Shown: positions 1 to 19,799 of the stretch, one piece after another | Numbering within the stretch: position 1 is the first letter of the stretch | Layout of the letters: the number at the start of each line of letters is the position of its first letter | From: Camelus ferus | Lineage: Eukaryota | Assembly: GCF_009834535.1 (NCBI RefSeq) | Contig: NC_045713.1 | Coordinates: 868,001-932,000, forward strand | Direction: 5' to 3' | Length of the DNA stretch: 64,000 nucleotides | Program-made: the position numbers and the translations under genes | Notes under the pieces: model-generated | Database searches by the model: none | Seen by the model: only the letters and a program-made list of their open reading frames with translations | What the model was told of the DNA's origin: nothing

Positions 1-337
1 ATGTTTTGACTTACATGTGGAATCTAAAAATAATAAATAAAACAAATGAATGTAACAAAACAGAAAGAGACTCACAGATACAGAGAACAAACTAGTGGCT
101 TACCAGAGGGGAGTGGGGTTGAGGAGAGGCAAAGACAGGGGAAGGGGATTAAGAGGTACGAAATACTAGGCATAAAATTAGTAAGATACAAGGATAATGT
201 ACAGCACACGAATATAACTGATATTTTATAACTTTACGTAAAATATAGTCTATAAAAATACGTAACCACTATGTTTCACATCTGAGGCTAATGTAATATT
301 GTAAATCAACCATACTTCAATTAGAAAAAAAAAAAAA
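1..337 (+). mobile_element. LINE-1 3' end with poly(A) tail (5' part outside window)
   Basis: L1 3'-UTR-like text (ACTTACATGTGGAATCTAAAAA...GTAAATCAACCATACTTCAATT) ending in an A-run at 325-337; near-identical to 23231-23566. Confidence 0.85.
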
Positions 338-442
338 GATAGCCACACCCTGCAGGCTACCCCCAACTCCCACCCACCCAGTGTTGTGAGTGGCACCATG
401 CTGGCTACTGGCATGGGGGTGGGAATGGAGGTAGAAACTCAC

Positions 443-1433
443 AGCTTTAGGACAGCCAGGTTGGCTTCCAGGTCATAGGCATTCTCCTTGGCCTGTGTCT
501 CCACATAGCGCTCCAGGGTGGCCAGATTCTCAGGATTATACCTAGAGGAGAATAAAGATGGATGAACAGAGAGGAGACAGGAGTTGAGCTCAGTTACTCT
601 ATGGGGCCAGGGAGGAGGGTCACTGTAGCCTGCGCCTCTCTCTCTTCCTTTCTTCCCTTTCTTTAGCTCTGTCACTGGCCACTTAGGCTCTACCCAAATA
701 CTGAATCAGCTCTATAATTTCTAATAAAACTTATCCACACCCCAGACCTAAGCCAAAGCTCTAAACTGCATCAGAGCCTTGGGTCTTTTCTAGCTTGCCT
801 CCTCAACCTTTCAGACAGCCAGTCATTGCAGACTGTATACCTAGCCTCCTAGACATCTTTGCTACCCACCCTTACCTTCCCTCCCCAGATCTCATTCTGG
901 TCTAGCCCCGTCCCTCTCCTGCCTAGCTCCCCTCATCACACCCTGACCACTACTGGTTCTAACTAGCTACTTGGTTTGTTTGGATTCTGAACTGGGAACC
1001 CTATGAAAGCATGGCCTGCGGCTGTCTTGGTCAACTCTGGTCTGCAGCATTGCCCAGCACTCACAGACTAGATTTTAGTAAACATGTGTTAAATGAATAA
1101 TGAGAGGTGAAGGAAGGGAGAGATAAAGAGGCACTAAGAGACACGAAGAGACTGAGGAGCAGACACAGAGAGACATTAAGGCAATTAAAGGGGAGAGTGG
1201 CGGTAGGAAACGCTATCTTCTGCCTTTAGGTCTTCGCAGTGCTATTTCCTTAAACATCTCCAGGATGATAGGTGAGAACCCCAGGTCAAGCCCAGGACTG
1301 ACCACGCCTTACTCCAGAAAATTCTCTCCTCCACCCCGCTTGGCCAGAAGCGCTCCCTACCACCGAACTCAGACCTGTCGATACCCTTGAGCGTCTTGCC
1401 CACGTTTGCTCTCACCTGCTCAAACATCGCCAG
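443..1433 (-). pseudogene. EIF3K: EIF3K 5' fragment (exons 1-2 only), copy 1
   Basis: Exon 1 1375-1433 (59 nt; LAMFEQVRANVGKTLKGIDR, initiator ATG replaced by CTG) and exon 2 443-541 (99 nt; [33 protein letters not shown]), with GT-AG sites. The intron beyond exon 2 runs into L1 and off the window. Confidence 0.9.
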
Positions 1434-1830
1434 GACTCCGTCGCCTCCCACACCCGGGGTGAAGCCGCAGACCCGGCCGCCGCAGACCCGGCCGCCGCGG
1501 ACTCCTCGAGGACCGGAAAAGGAAAGACTGGTGGAAACGGAAACTACGTCATTGTTTTCGCTCCGGCGCAGTTAGCGCATGCGTGTATGCTCCACCCGAG
1601 CAGAATCAACGGCGTGAGAAAAAGCCTGGTCTAGCCAAGTGCGCAGGCGCCTTCTCGTGGCACGCTGGCGAGGAGGCGGGGCTGAGGTTTTCCCCGGCCT
1701 CGCGTACCCTGTTCTAGTGCCTGCAGGTGTGCGCGCGAGCTGCCAGGGAAGGAGACGGATCCCTGACGGCGTGCACGCACGTCGCGTTGCTCGCGACCCT
1801 GAACTCAAAAGCTGTGCTGGAATGCACGTA
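1380..1830. promoter_or_regulatory. CpG-rich bidirectional promoter between EIF3K and MAP4K1, copy 1
   Basis: High CpG density between head-to-head first exons; NRF1-like GCGCATGCG (1575-1583) and TGCGCAGGCGC (1640-1650); ETS-like CCGGAA near 1513. Confidence 0.7.
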
Positions 1831-2693
1831 TTAGTCTCCCTTTGGGCCATGGCCAAGTCCCGAGGAAGGTGCTTTTTGAGGTCCCCTTTGCCTCACGCCA
1901 TGATCCCTAAAGCAAGATCCGAGCTCCACAATTTCAAGTCCCTGAACCCGGTCCCACGCTGCACCCTGACGCCAGGGTTAGGGGCCTGCAAAGCTGTTGT
2001 GCTCTGCCTGTCAGGGACAGGGGTGAGGGGCTCCTGGACCCCGCCAGATCACGCCCAGTCCCCATAGGCTCCTGTCTTGTGGGTGAGAGCGAGCACCGCA
2101 TGTGTGTACAGGTTCTGCACACTGCAGGCATGAAAGCACATGCATGTGTCGTATATGTGGAGGTATATGCTCTGGGTACATCCACATGTACGCACACGGG
2201 TATCCAGACACGTGCACGTTGACTGGTCTTCACACTGCACAGGGGGTTACCACTAAGTGCCTTATGAGCCCCACCCCCCACCACCCCGGAACAGTAATGG
2301 ACACTGCATGGTCATCCCCGTGCAGACCTGCCATCTACCGGTTGTGGCCAAAGTCTCAAGCACTCAGCAGAGGTTCAGCTACAGTTTTTAGCTGCCACCC
2401 AGAACGAGGGAGGGAGTGTTAGGGCACCCCCCCACCCCAGGTCATAATTAAGATAGTTTGCATCTGGTTTACATTCAGCCCACGGCCCTGGAGGTGGAGG
2501 GGGGTCCCCTGGGTCCCAAGGCAAGCTGCCTCTCACAGGCTTTCAGGGCCCAGGGGACAGGGGGTGGAGCCGGCCGCACAAGCCTGCTGGGGCAGGAAGC
2601 CAGAGTGGGGAGGGGGAAGGCCACAGCCAGTGGAGGCAAGACGGGTGCAGGGCCTCTGGGGAGGGAGGGAGGTGCCAGCACTCCGAGCCCTGA

Positions 2694-9879
<7,186 letters not shown>

Positions 9880-10126
9880 CGTGATTTTAGCCTCTGCTGT
9901 CATCTTGGTTTTCTGTGGTGAGGGGAGGAGGGCCGAATTCCTGGATGCCTACTGACCCCCCCCAAATTCAACGATCCAGTACAACGTCAGGTGCAGCACA
10001 GACATTATTTCTACAGCACATGGTCACCTCTCCCCCAGCGGCCTTGGGAGGAGGGATTTGGGGACTAAGGGGCTTGCTCTAAGCATAAGGCATTTGAAGT
10101 GGGAGTGAAGGCCAGCTGTGGGTGTC

Positions 10127-10868
<742 letters not shown>

Positions 10869-11274
10869 CTGGGGAGGCAGGGTGCAAGTCAGTGCCTAAT
10901 CTCTGACCAAATTCAGACTGCTCCTTCTTCTGGCTACCCCCTTCTGAGCCTTGCCTCCCATTCCCTAATCTCTCATCTCCCTAATCTCACCCTGATGCTT
11001 AAAAATAATACCTAGCATTTATGAGCACTTACCATGAGACCCTTACTACCTATGAATTTACTTAATTCTCACAATGGCCCTATAAGACTAGTATAATTAA
11101 TATCCCCATTTTACAGATGGAGAAACTGAGGTTTCTCCTCTTCTGAGGTCTCCTCTTCCTCTCCAAGTTCACTTCAGAAAGAAAAATGGGAGGAAAATAC
11201 TTAAGGGCTAATCGTGTATGTAAATTAAGGAGGACCACGGGGGTGCGGGGGTGGCGGGAGATTGTGAAACAGCA

Positions 11275-11475
11275 CAAGTTTTTTTTGTTGTTAAATTTGT
11301 TGTTGAAGTCTACTCAATTTACAATGCTAGTTTCAGGTGTACAGCAAAGCAATTCAGTTACACATACATAGATATTTTCTTTCCCATTATAGGTTATTAG
11401 AAGAAGTTGACTATAGTTCCCTGTGCTGTGCAGTGGGTCCTTGTTGTTTATCTATTTTAAATACAGTGATACATA
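11275..11475 (-). mobile_element. LINE-1 3'-UTR fragment
   Basis: TTTACAATGCTAGTTTCAGGTGTACAGCAAAGCAATTCAGTTACACATAC...TTCCCTGTGCTGTGCAGTGGGTCCTTGTTGTTTATCTATTTT is an L1 3' end in reverse; repeated near 34530 and 62060, related fragment near 59905-60110. Confidence 0.75.
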
Positions 11476-11822
11476 CCTGCTAGCCCCCAGCCATGCTCTG
11501 TTAAAAAGGCAGTTTGATACAGTGGAGCCATCACCAGCATTCAGGCAGCCCTCTCGGCAGAATCTGGGTGACTCCAGTTACGTTACCACTGTCTCAGAGT
11601 CTCCATGGCCAAAGTAGAGACTCTGTAATAAAAGGTGTTGGCATTGTAATTTTAAGAAAGCATGCATCTTGGCTTTTAAAAAAAATCTGAAAAATAAGAA
11701 GCCTTGAAATTCCTTACAATGGCACACATTAGGCAAGCTCCCGAACCAACCATCACATCCTAATCAGAGGAAAAGTAACAAAACATGAAGCAGTATCATA
11801 TTAAATTGTTACACTCTTTTCT

Positions 11823-11910
11823 TTTTTTTTTTTTTAAACAGAAGTCATGAGGATGGTACACAGGACCTCCTTCATGCTAAGCATACACTACCACTGTGCT
11901 TACCCTCCCC
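11823..11910 (-). mobile_element. Degenerate tRNA-derived SINE
   Basis: T-run followed by CAGGACCTCCTTCATGCTAAGCATACACTACCACTG...ACCCTCCCC; repeated near 35070-35172 and 62606-62701. Confidence 0.65.
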
Positions 11911-12634
11911 CTAAATTGTTACATTTTTGACAAATAATTTTCAGGAATTTAACCATAAGGCCTAATGAATGAAGGTCTCGTTATCCTCACTTCTTCCCTA
12001 GGTACTAACCCACTTTGGTGTGTTCTCAACTGGAGGAGCGTGAACAGCCCCCACAGTGGATCCCAGCCCCTCCACACCATGGTACCCACCGCTCTGCCAG
12101 CAGCCCGTTGGAAGTCACTGTTACAGAAATGGCACATCTGTTCTGTGTGGCCTCGGTATGCCTTTGTCTCTGGAGGGACTCCACGTGCCTCTGCCGGGCT
12201 CCTTGGGGGTGGCAGCCTCACAGCTGCACACTCTGCAGGGGAGGTCTCAACCCCCCCTCCCCACTTCCTCCAGAGCCCAGGGGTGATGTTGCACAGGTAA
12301 TATCATCCTCTGAGCAGCTCCAGGTGTTCATGCAAGTGCTTGTTCTGGACACACGGATGCTGGCAACGTGCCTGGTCCAGAGGAAGCCCCTAACCACCAC
12401 CCGGTGAAATCCCCTAGGATTGTTGGGTGAACTGAGGACGCTCCACTGCTGGCAACGTCAAGACCTGGCTCTTGTCCTCCAGCGTCCAAACTATCAATGT
12501 AAGTCTGCCAACTTTTAGTTCTGCATGGTTCTGGAGACAACACGTTCTGCATTACTGATTTTATTTAATCTGATGATGCTGTGACCTGCTAGTCAGTCCA
12601 CCTGAGGGGGGCCCTGCACCAAATGCTGTCAGGT

Positions 12635-12734
12635 NNNNNNNNNNNNNNNNNNNNNNNNNNNNNNNNNNNNNNNNNNNNNNNNNNNNNNNNNNNNNNNNNN
12701 NNNNNNNNNNNNNNNNNNNNNNNNNNNNNNNNNN
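12635..12734. other. Assembly gap (100 N)
   Basis: Run of exactly 100 N, typical of an unknown-size scaffold gap. Confidence 0.99.
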
Positions 12735-12763
12735 GTAAACAGATTTTTCTCTTCCTTCCCCAG

Positions 12764-12937
12764 GCCTGTGGTAGTGGAGACACGCCCAGCAGATGATCCT
12801 ACTGCCCCCAGCAACCTCTATATCCAGGAATGAGTCCCTGGGGTTGGGGGTGGGTGTTTGGAATCAGTCTCTGCACCCCCTCCCCTCCCCAGTGGACACA
12901 ATATAGTGGACATGACATGCCTGTGTCTCCCAATAAA
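12764..12937 (+). pseudogene. MAP4K1: Orphan MAP4K1 terminal exon (copy B2)
   Basis: Acceptor TTCCCCAG at 12763, then intact PVVVETRPADDPTAPSNLYIQE* (12764-12833) and AATAAA at 12932. Confidence 0.88.
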
Positions 12938-14499
12938 TGTGATTTTAACCTCTGCTGTCATCTTGGTTTTCTGTGGTGAGGGGAGGAGGGCCGAATTCCT
13001 GGATGCCTACTGACCCCCCCCCAAATTCAACAATCCAGTACATCAGGGATATAGCACAGACTTTATTTCTACAGCACATGGTCACCTCTCCCCCAGCAGC
13101 CTTGGGAGGAGGGATTTGGGGACTAAGGGGCTTGCTGTAAGAATAGGGCACTTGAAGTGTGAGTGAAGGGCCAGCTGTTGGTGTCTCAGCTAAGCTGGTC
13201 CTCATACTGCTTGCAGGAACAATCACCAGCAGGGGAGACATCCCAACATCTCTCTTGGTACATCTTCCAGACATAAGACTCCTAGGGGTTGGGGTTGGGG
13301 AAGAGTTGGTTGGTCACATCTTCAAATGCTTGATAAGATCTGAGCTTTTTACTGCCACCTGCTGATTGAACTTTTATTAAAATTCTCCATGTCCTTGCCC
13401 ATTTTTCTCCCATTAACACCCCCTTACCTGACCCGTGTGTTCTGTCTCATCCTTGTTTATCAGACACTTCAGGAAAAACCTGGGGTTGGAAGGGCTGTGG
13501 GAGATAAGTCAGAACCAGCCTTACTTACCTTCTCCTGATTGGCTGGCTGAGAACCCACCCACATGGAAGCCACAGCCCTTTCCTAACTGACCAAAGCCCG
13601 GTATCCCCTCCCCGGATGTTGCCGGCCACGGGCCCACCCTCCTGATTAGCCAGCGGGCCCACGCTCACATGTAATTGGCCAGGTTGTGCTCCTCTAGCGT
13701 GTGGGTCTCGAAACCATGCAGTGTCGTATCAAAGTCATCGCTGCCGATGCTGATGCCGCAGATGAAGCACTTGGTCTGTGGGTGGCAGGAAGCATCAGAG
13801 TCGAGGCCCACTTGACACCCCCAGGGTCCTGTAATCCCTCTGGATCGCCCCCTGATATGGCCTACCTCCATATCGTCCCTCACTTGCTGTTGTTGGTCTC
13901 GGAGCTCACCAAGAGCGTCAGTGATCAGACCTGGGGAGGCAGGGTGCAAGTCAGTGCCTAATCTCTGACCAAATTCAGACTGCTCCTTCTTCTGGCTACC
14001 CCCTTCTGAGCCTTGCCTCCCATTCCCTAATCTCTCATCTCCCTAATCTCACCCTGCTGCTTGAAAATAATACCTAGCATTTATTGAGCACTTAGCATGA
14101 GACCCTTACTACCTATGAATTGACTTATTTCTCACCACGACCCTATAAGACTAGTATAATTAATATCCCCATTTTACAGATGGAGAAACTGAGGTTCAGA
14201 GAGGTAACTTGCCCAAAGTCTCACAGTAGGGAGAAACAGAGCCAGGTCAACCAGATCCCGGGCCTGCACTCTCAGAGGAGCTAGTCTGCCTCTGGGCATC
14301 TCCACTCCCACAACCCCGACCAGCACTGACCCTGGATGATGGCCAGCAGGATGACGATGACAAAGAAGAAGAAGGTGATTTCGAAGACCACCCGGTACAG
14401 CTCATATTCATCACCTGCTGGGTCCTCAATCTCGTCCCCAATGCCCCCACCTGCTCGGACACCCACGTACATGTGAAACAGGTAACACTGTGGGGGCAA

Positions 14500-15450
14500 G
14501 GTGAGAAGCATATTAGTCATGCATTCAATCATTCGGTATTCACAAAGTACCTACAGGACCCTGGGCTAGTGGGCAGGAGACTCACAGTAATGGCTGAGAC
14601 AGCCCTGGGCTCGCCCTACATGGCATCAGACAGTGACAGCCCAGAAATGATCAGGGTTGTGACAGGGACAGCTCAGGCAGAGGGCTGAGGGCTGGGACGG
14701 GGAAAGCACAGTGTAATGGGGGCGAGATGGGGGGAGTATAGGAAGCGCTGAAGCTCTGAAAGCCTCACAAAGCCTGGGTGATCAGGCAAGGCTTCCTAGA
14801 AGCAGGGACATGTGTGAACTGGAACTTGAAGGAAATGTTAGGTGGAAGAGAGTGTTCCAGGCAGGGAAAACCACACATGCAACGTCACCACTGGGGAGGA
14901 AAGAAGACATCTGTTCCTGTGAGGAAGTGAAAGAGGGTCAGTGAAGCTGGAAAGTAGAGCTCCCGTGAGCAAGAACAGCAAGAGGAATGAGGTCCAGCCG
15001 ATGGTCAAGGAGGGCTTCCTGTAGGAGGCAGCACTTAAGTTGAAAGGTGAGGCATCAAGGGAAGGGGTATTTGTACTCAGGGTCTGAGGTGGGTGGGGCA
15101 GAGAGACCGTCAGATGCAAAGGGCTTGGGTTGGGAGGAAATACATGATCTTAGGGGAACTGAGGGGCACCAGGCAGCCAGAGAGCAAAAGGCAAGAAGGA
15201 CTGTGGTTAGACTCAGGCCAGGCTAGCTATTCCCTGGCTATTCATAAGCCATGCTGAAGGCACTGGGGAACCAAGAGGAAGTTCTGAGAAGAGAGAGGAA
15301 CATGGTCTGCCTGGCATGTGGGAAAGATTTTACACTATCCTTTTTGTGTCCCTGGGAAGTGGGAGAACCTAGTTGTCTTAGGTAAGGGCTAAGACCAGTG
15401 ACTGGAGGGAACAAGGCTGAGTGGCAAGGCCAGGTCTGGGTGGTGGGGCT
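14500..15450 (+). mobile_element. Ancient LINE-2 fragments in RYR1 intron
   Basis: CATTCAATCATTCGGTATTCACAAAGTACCTAC... and purine-rich L2-like text; recognised by eye only. Confidence 0.5.
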
Positions 15451-16065
15451 CAAACGTCAGGCTGAGGAGCTGGATAGGTCCCAGGAGCACGGTGCCTGAT
15501 TACAGGCCATCTTCTGAGATAAAGCCCTGGGACAATTCATTTAAATGTGGCCCATGCCTCTAGTAGGAGAAACTCAATTTGGTTATGATCATCTCTAGTA
15601 GACTAGAAGAGAAAAAAATGAAACCTGCATGGCATTCTTTGGGTGAAACTTTTAATTACAGATAATGATGACAATAGCTCACCTCTATGGAATCCTTGAT
15701 CCCTACCAGGCAGTGTTCTACAACTATTTATTCTTAGATGATCAGGGAGCATCACTACGTCCTAAAAGCCACCCTAGGATGTAGGCACTGTTATTATACA
15801 CTCATTTCACAGGTGAGGACACCAGAGCATAGGGAAGCTGAGTAGCTAAACCCCAAAACATGTAGCTTGTAAGTCAGGCACTGTGCCTGAGCACCTTTCC
15901 AATAATAACAGCTTTAAAAGCTCAAATAATACGACAACAGTGGCTAACGTTTATTGAGCACTGTTCGTAGTACCTCACAAGTATCAGCTCACTGAACCCT
16001 CACGATAAGCCTACAAGGTAGGCACTGTTCCTAAGCCCCTTGGCAGATGGGAAACCTGAGGGTCA

Positions 16066-16356
<291 letters not shown>

Positions 16357-16482
16357 TCACGACCCACACCCACCCTGGCTCGGCCTGCCCTCCTGGCCCC
16401 TCCTCACCCTGGCCGCCCAGCCCTCACCCCTCCACCCTTGCTCAGACTGCCATGCTTGGCCCTGCCCGGCTCACATCCCTCA

Positions 16483-16689
<207 letters not shown>

Positions 16690-18091
16690 TCAAGGAGAGC
16701 TCGGGGAGCCCCCGGAACATTCAAGAGGGTCAGGTGCGCTCTGGGGGGTCAGGGTGCCATCGCTGGCTTGGGATTACTTGAGGGATCAGGAACACTCTAG
16801 AACAATGGAGCACTCTGGGTGAGAAGCCATCCTGGGTGGGGTTGAGGAGCCCTCTGCAGGACGTAGTCTGGAAATCCAAGAGCATTCTAGGGGACAAGGA
16901 GCCTTGGGGCGGGTGTTCAGAGGGTGGCCCGAGGAACAGAGGTGCACAGAGGCTCAGGACGTCAGTCCCTGGTCAGGGCTCCCTGGTGCTGGAGCCCCCA
17001 ACCCTCCCAGGCCCTTCTCCTGCAGGTCCTCCCCCACCTACAAGTCCCTCCTCACATTGTCGGTGAAGATGACCCCGAACTTCCAGATCTGGTACTTGAC
17101 TTACGCCGATGGACATGAGCCGTCAGGTGGAGGGAAGAGGGATGGCCAGATGCCGGAGGGTCAGACACCTGGGCCACCTCCCCTGCCTGCCCCTGGCCTG
17201 GGCAGGATCACCCCTGGCTCACCAGGTAAGCAGCCACCGGCGTGTGGCTCAGGCTTGCGTTCAACGTGTGCTGTGATCTCCAGCATGGACAGAATCCATG
17301 CCCAGCAGCTCGGCGATCTGCTCCCGCCCACAGATGTCCCCTGTGCTTGTCCAGACCTGCGCAGGAGAGCACGAGGGCAAAGCAGACCACCCCACTGGAG
17401 TGGGGCGAGTCATGGCCTGGGTTGGAGAGGCATCTGGGAACACCTCTGAATTTTCGTGTGAAAAATTGGGGAATGCATTTTTCTGGGAAGAAGGGCCAGA
17501 GCTTTTTTCAGATCCTCAGGGGGAGGGTCCAAACGTGAGAAGGTCCAGTTAATTCATTGGCCAAATTATTTGGGATAAACTTATTATTATTAGGCAGGTG
17601 GGCAAAGAATCCTATACAACTGGGCCGCCTGTCATCTAAGTGGACTTATCTCCTCCCCCTCACCCCCCTTAATCACTCTGCTCCAGCCACACTGGCCCCC
17701 CTCACGGCTCCTCAAATACGCCAGGCACGTTCCTCCCCCAGGACCTTTCCACTGGCTGTTCCCCCTGCCCAGGGCAGTCTTCCCCCAGATTTCCACCTGG
17801 CTCACTCCCTTACCACCCTGCACAAGAAAGAGGCAAACCTCTCTGGGCCAGCACCCACACACTCCCCAACCCTCTTACTGGATTATTTTTTCCTTCTGCA
17901 GTACTTATCACCGCCTGAAACACCATAAACGTGTTCCTCATCTGTCTGTCCAACTCGAGCATCAAAATGTGTTTACTGCTTGAAGCGTACCTACTGCTTG
18001 GACTCCACGCCCTCCAAAATTGTTTCTTGGCACGTAGTAGGTGCTCAGTAAACATCTGCTGAGTGAATGAACGTATCAGCCAACATGTATC

Positions 18092-18180
18092 TTTTTTTTT
18101 TAGGTGCAGAGTACTGGGGATTGGACCCAGGACCTCATGCATGGTGGGCATGTGCTCTGCCACTGAGCATACCGCAGCCC
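18092..18180 (-). mobile_element. tRNA-derived SINE
   Basis: T-run followed by GTACTGGGGATTGGACCCAGGACCTCATGCATGGTGGGCATGTGCTCTGCCACTGAGC. Confidence 0.75.
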
Positions 18181-19450
18181 GGATGTTTTCCTATGGGCCA
18201 GATACTGTGCACCTAGTAGGTTCATATAAACTTTACAACAACCCTGTGGGGGCGGCCCTCTTATTACCTTAGTTTGAACGTGAGGGAAACTGAGACACCG
18301 AAAGGCTCACACAGCTAGGAGGAGAAAAACAAGACAGTCCAGCTCCCCGAGTCAATGTGCTTAAAAACAGAATGCTTTACTTCCTCCCCTAAAATTAGTA
18401 TTTATTGAGTACTTACCTCTGTGCCAGGCACTGCGTCATACTTGTTATGCACATCGTCGCTTTCCAGAGAGGGGTGTGTGGTTGTCATGCCTATTTCCAG
18501 ATGGGCAAACTGAGGTGCTCCCTCAGCAAATCCCCCTCGCCCAAGGTCACACACACAGCGAGTGCCTGATGGGGCTTAGGTGGCCAGGGTGGCAGGGAGG
18601 GACCCAGCCCAGGAGGCCCATCTATCTGCCCCATTCACATTCTCTCACCTTCCGCTTGACGAACTTGTCCCAGTAGTTGCTGGGGAAAGACCTGCCGAGA
18701 GAAAGAGGCCACAAGATGTCAGGGCAGGAGGGAAGAGGAGCCACCAGCCAGGCCAGGGGGCTTTGGAATTCCAGTCCTTCTCTCACAGGGGACTCGACAC
18801 AGTGGGGTCGCATCTCACTCGGGGTCAGGCTCTAAAGACCCCGTGCCAGGTGAAGTTTGTCCTTCCCCCCTACTGCCATCTTTTGGGGAGCTTAGGGGAG
18901 GTAGGTGGCTTGCATTTGGAGCCGGGATGTGCAAAAACAAAAAACAAAAGACAAACAACATAGACCTGAATTCAGGTGGGGAGCCAGGGCCAGCGGTCTG
19001 GCCTTGCTCTGGCTCTGGGGAACGGTGTGCTTCTCACTGTTTCATTTAATTTTGTCTGATGAATCAGGCTCTTTCGTTACCAGTTTTATAATGACGAGTC
19101 GATGCTCTAACATCCTGCCAAGGTGGCCAATGGGTTTTGTTTGCAGGGGGTGGGATGGGGAGTGGAACAGAGATTTACTATGAATCCATGGATTTAGATC
19201 TATTTGCTGTTTCAATTCATAGCCCTTCCTGATGCTCAGGGTGTCCCTGATTTGCCCAGTGGGGGCCCCTTCTAGCTGGTGGCTGGGTCCTTTCAGCCTG
19301 TCACCCATTTTTCATTGAGCACATCCTTGCTTTCTGATAAGGTAATCCACTCTCATCTTGCATTTCCCTGCCCCAGCCCTGAAATCTGCCACTTCTCCAA
19401 GCTGCTTGGTTCCTCGTTGAGGAAAATGGTATTTAGAAGTCAAGGTCTTA

Positions 19451-19545
19451 GGTGGGTAGGTATAGATTAGTGGTAGAGCACATGCTTAGCATGCACGAGG
19501 TCCTGGGTTCAATCCCCAGTACCTCCATTAAAAAAAAAAGATAAA
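19451..19545 (+). mobile_element. tRNA-derived SINE (Vic-1-like)
   Basis: AGTGGTAGAGCACATGCTTAGCATGCACGAGGTCCTGGGTTCAATCCCCAGTACCTCC followed by an A-tail; A-box and B-box visible. Confidence 0.85.
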
Positions 19546-19799
19546 TAAATAACCTAATACCCCCCCTGTCTTGTTGTCCTAAATGCCCAAGTTAATGTCG
19601 CCCCCTTTGAACACTCAAGCCACCTCAGAATTCAGACTCATAAGAGTTAATTAAGCACATCTTCCTCCTTCCCCTCCTCCCATCCCTCCTTCCTTCTTTC
19701 TCTCTCCCTCCTCTCTCCTTTGTCATTCATTCACTTAGCTTATAAGGCCACTTCATACGGCCTCAAGGACCGAGTGATGCTTTCTCTCTCCAAATCCAA

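Noticed and set aside
19451-19545. tRNA gene
   Set aside because: A-box and B-box are present but the cloverleaf is degenerate and an A-rich tail follows; it is a tRNA-derived SINE, as are the similar elements near 7340, 11823, 18092 and 30574.
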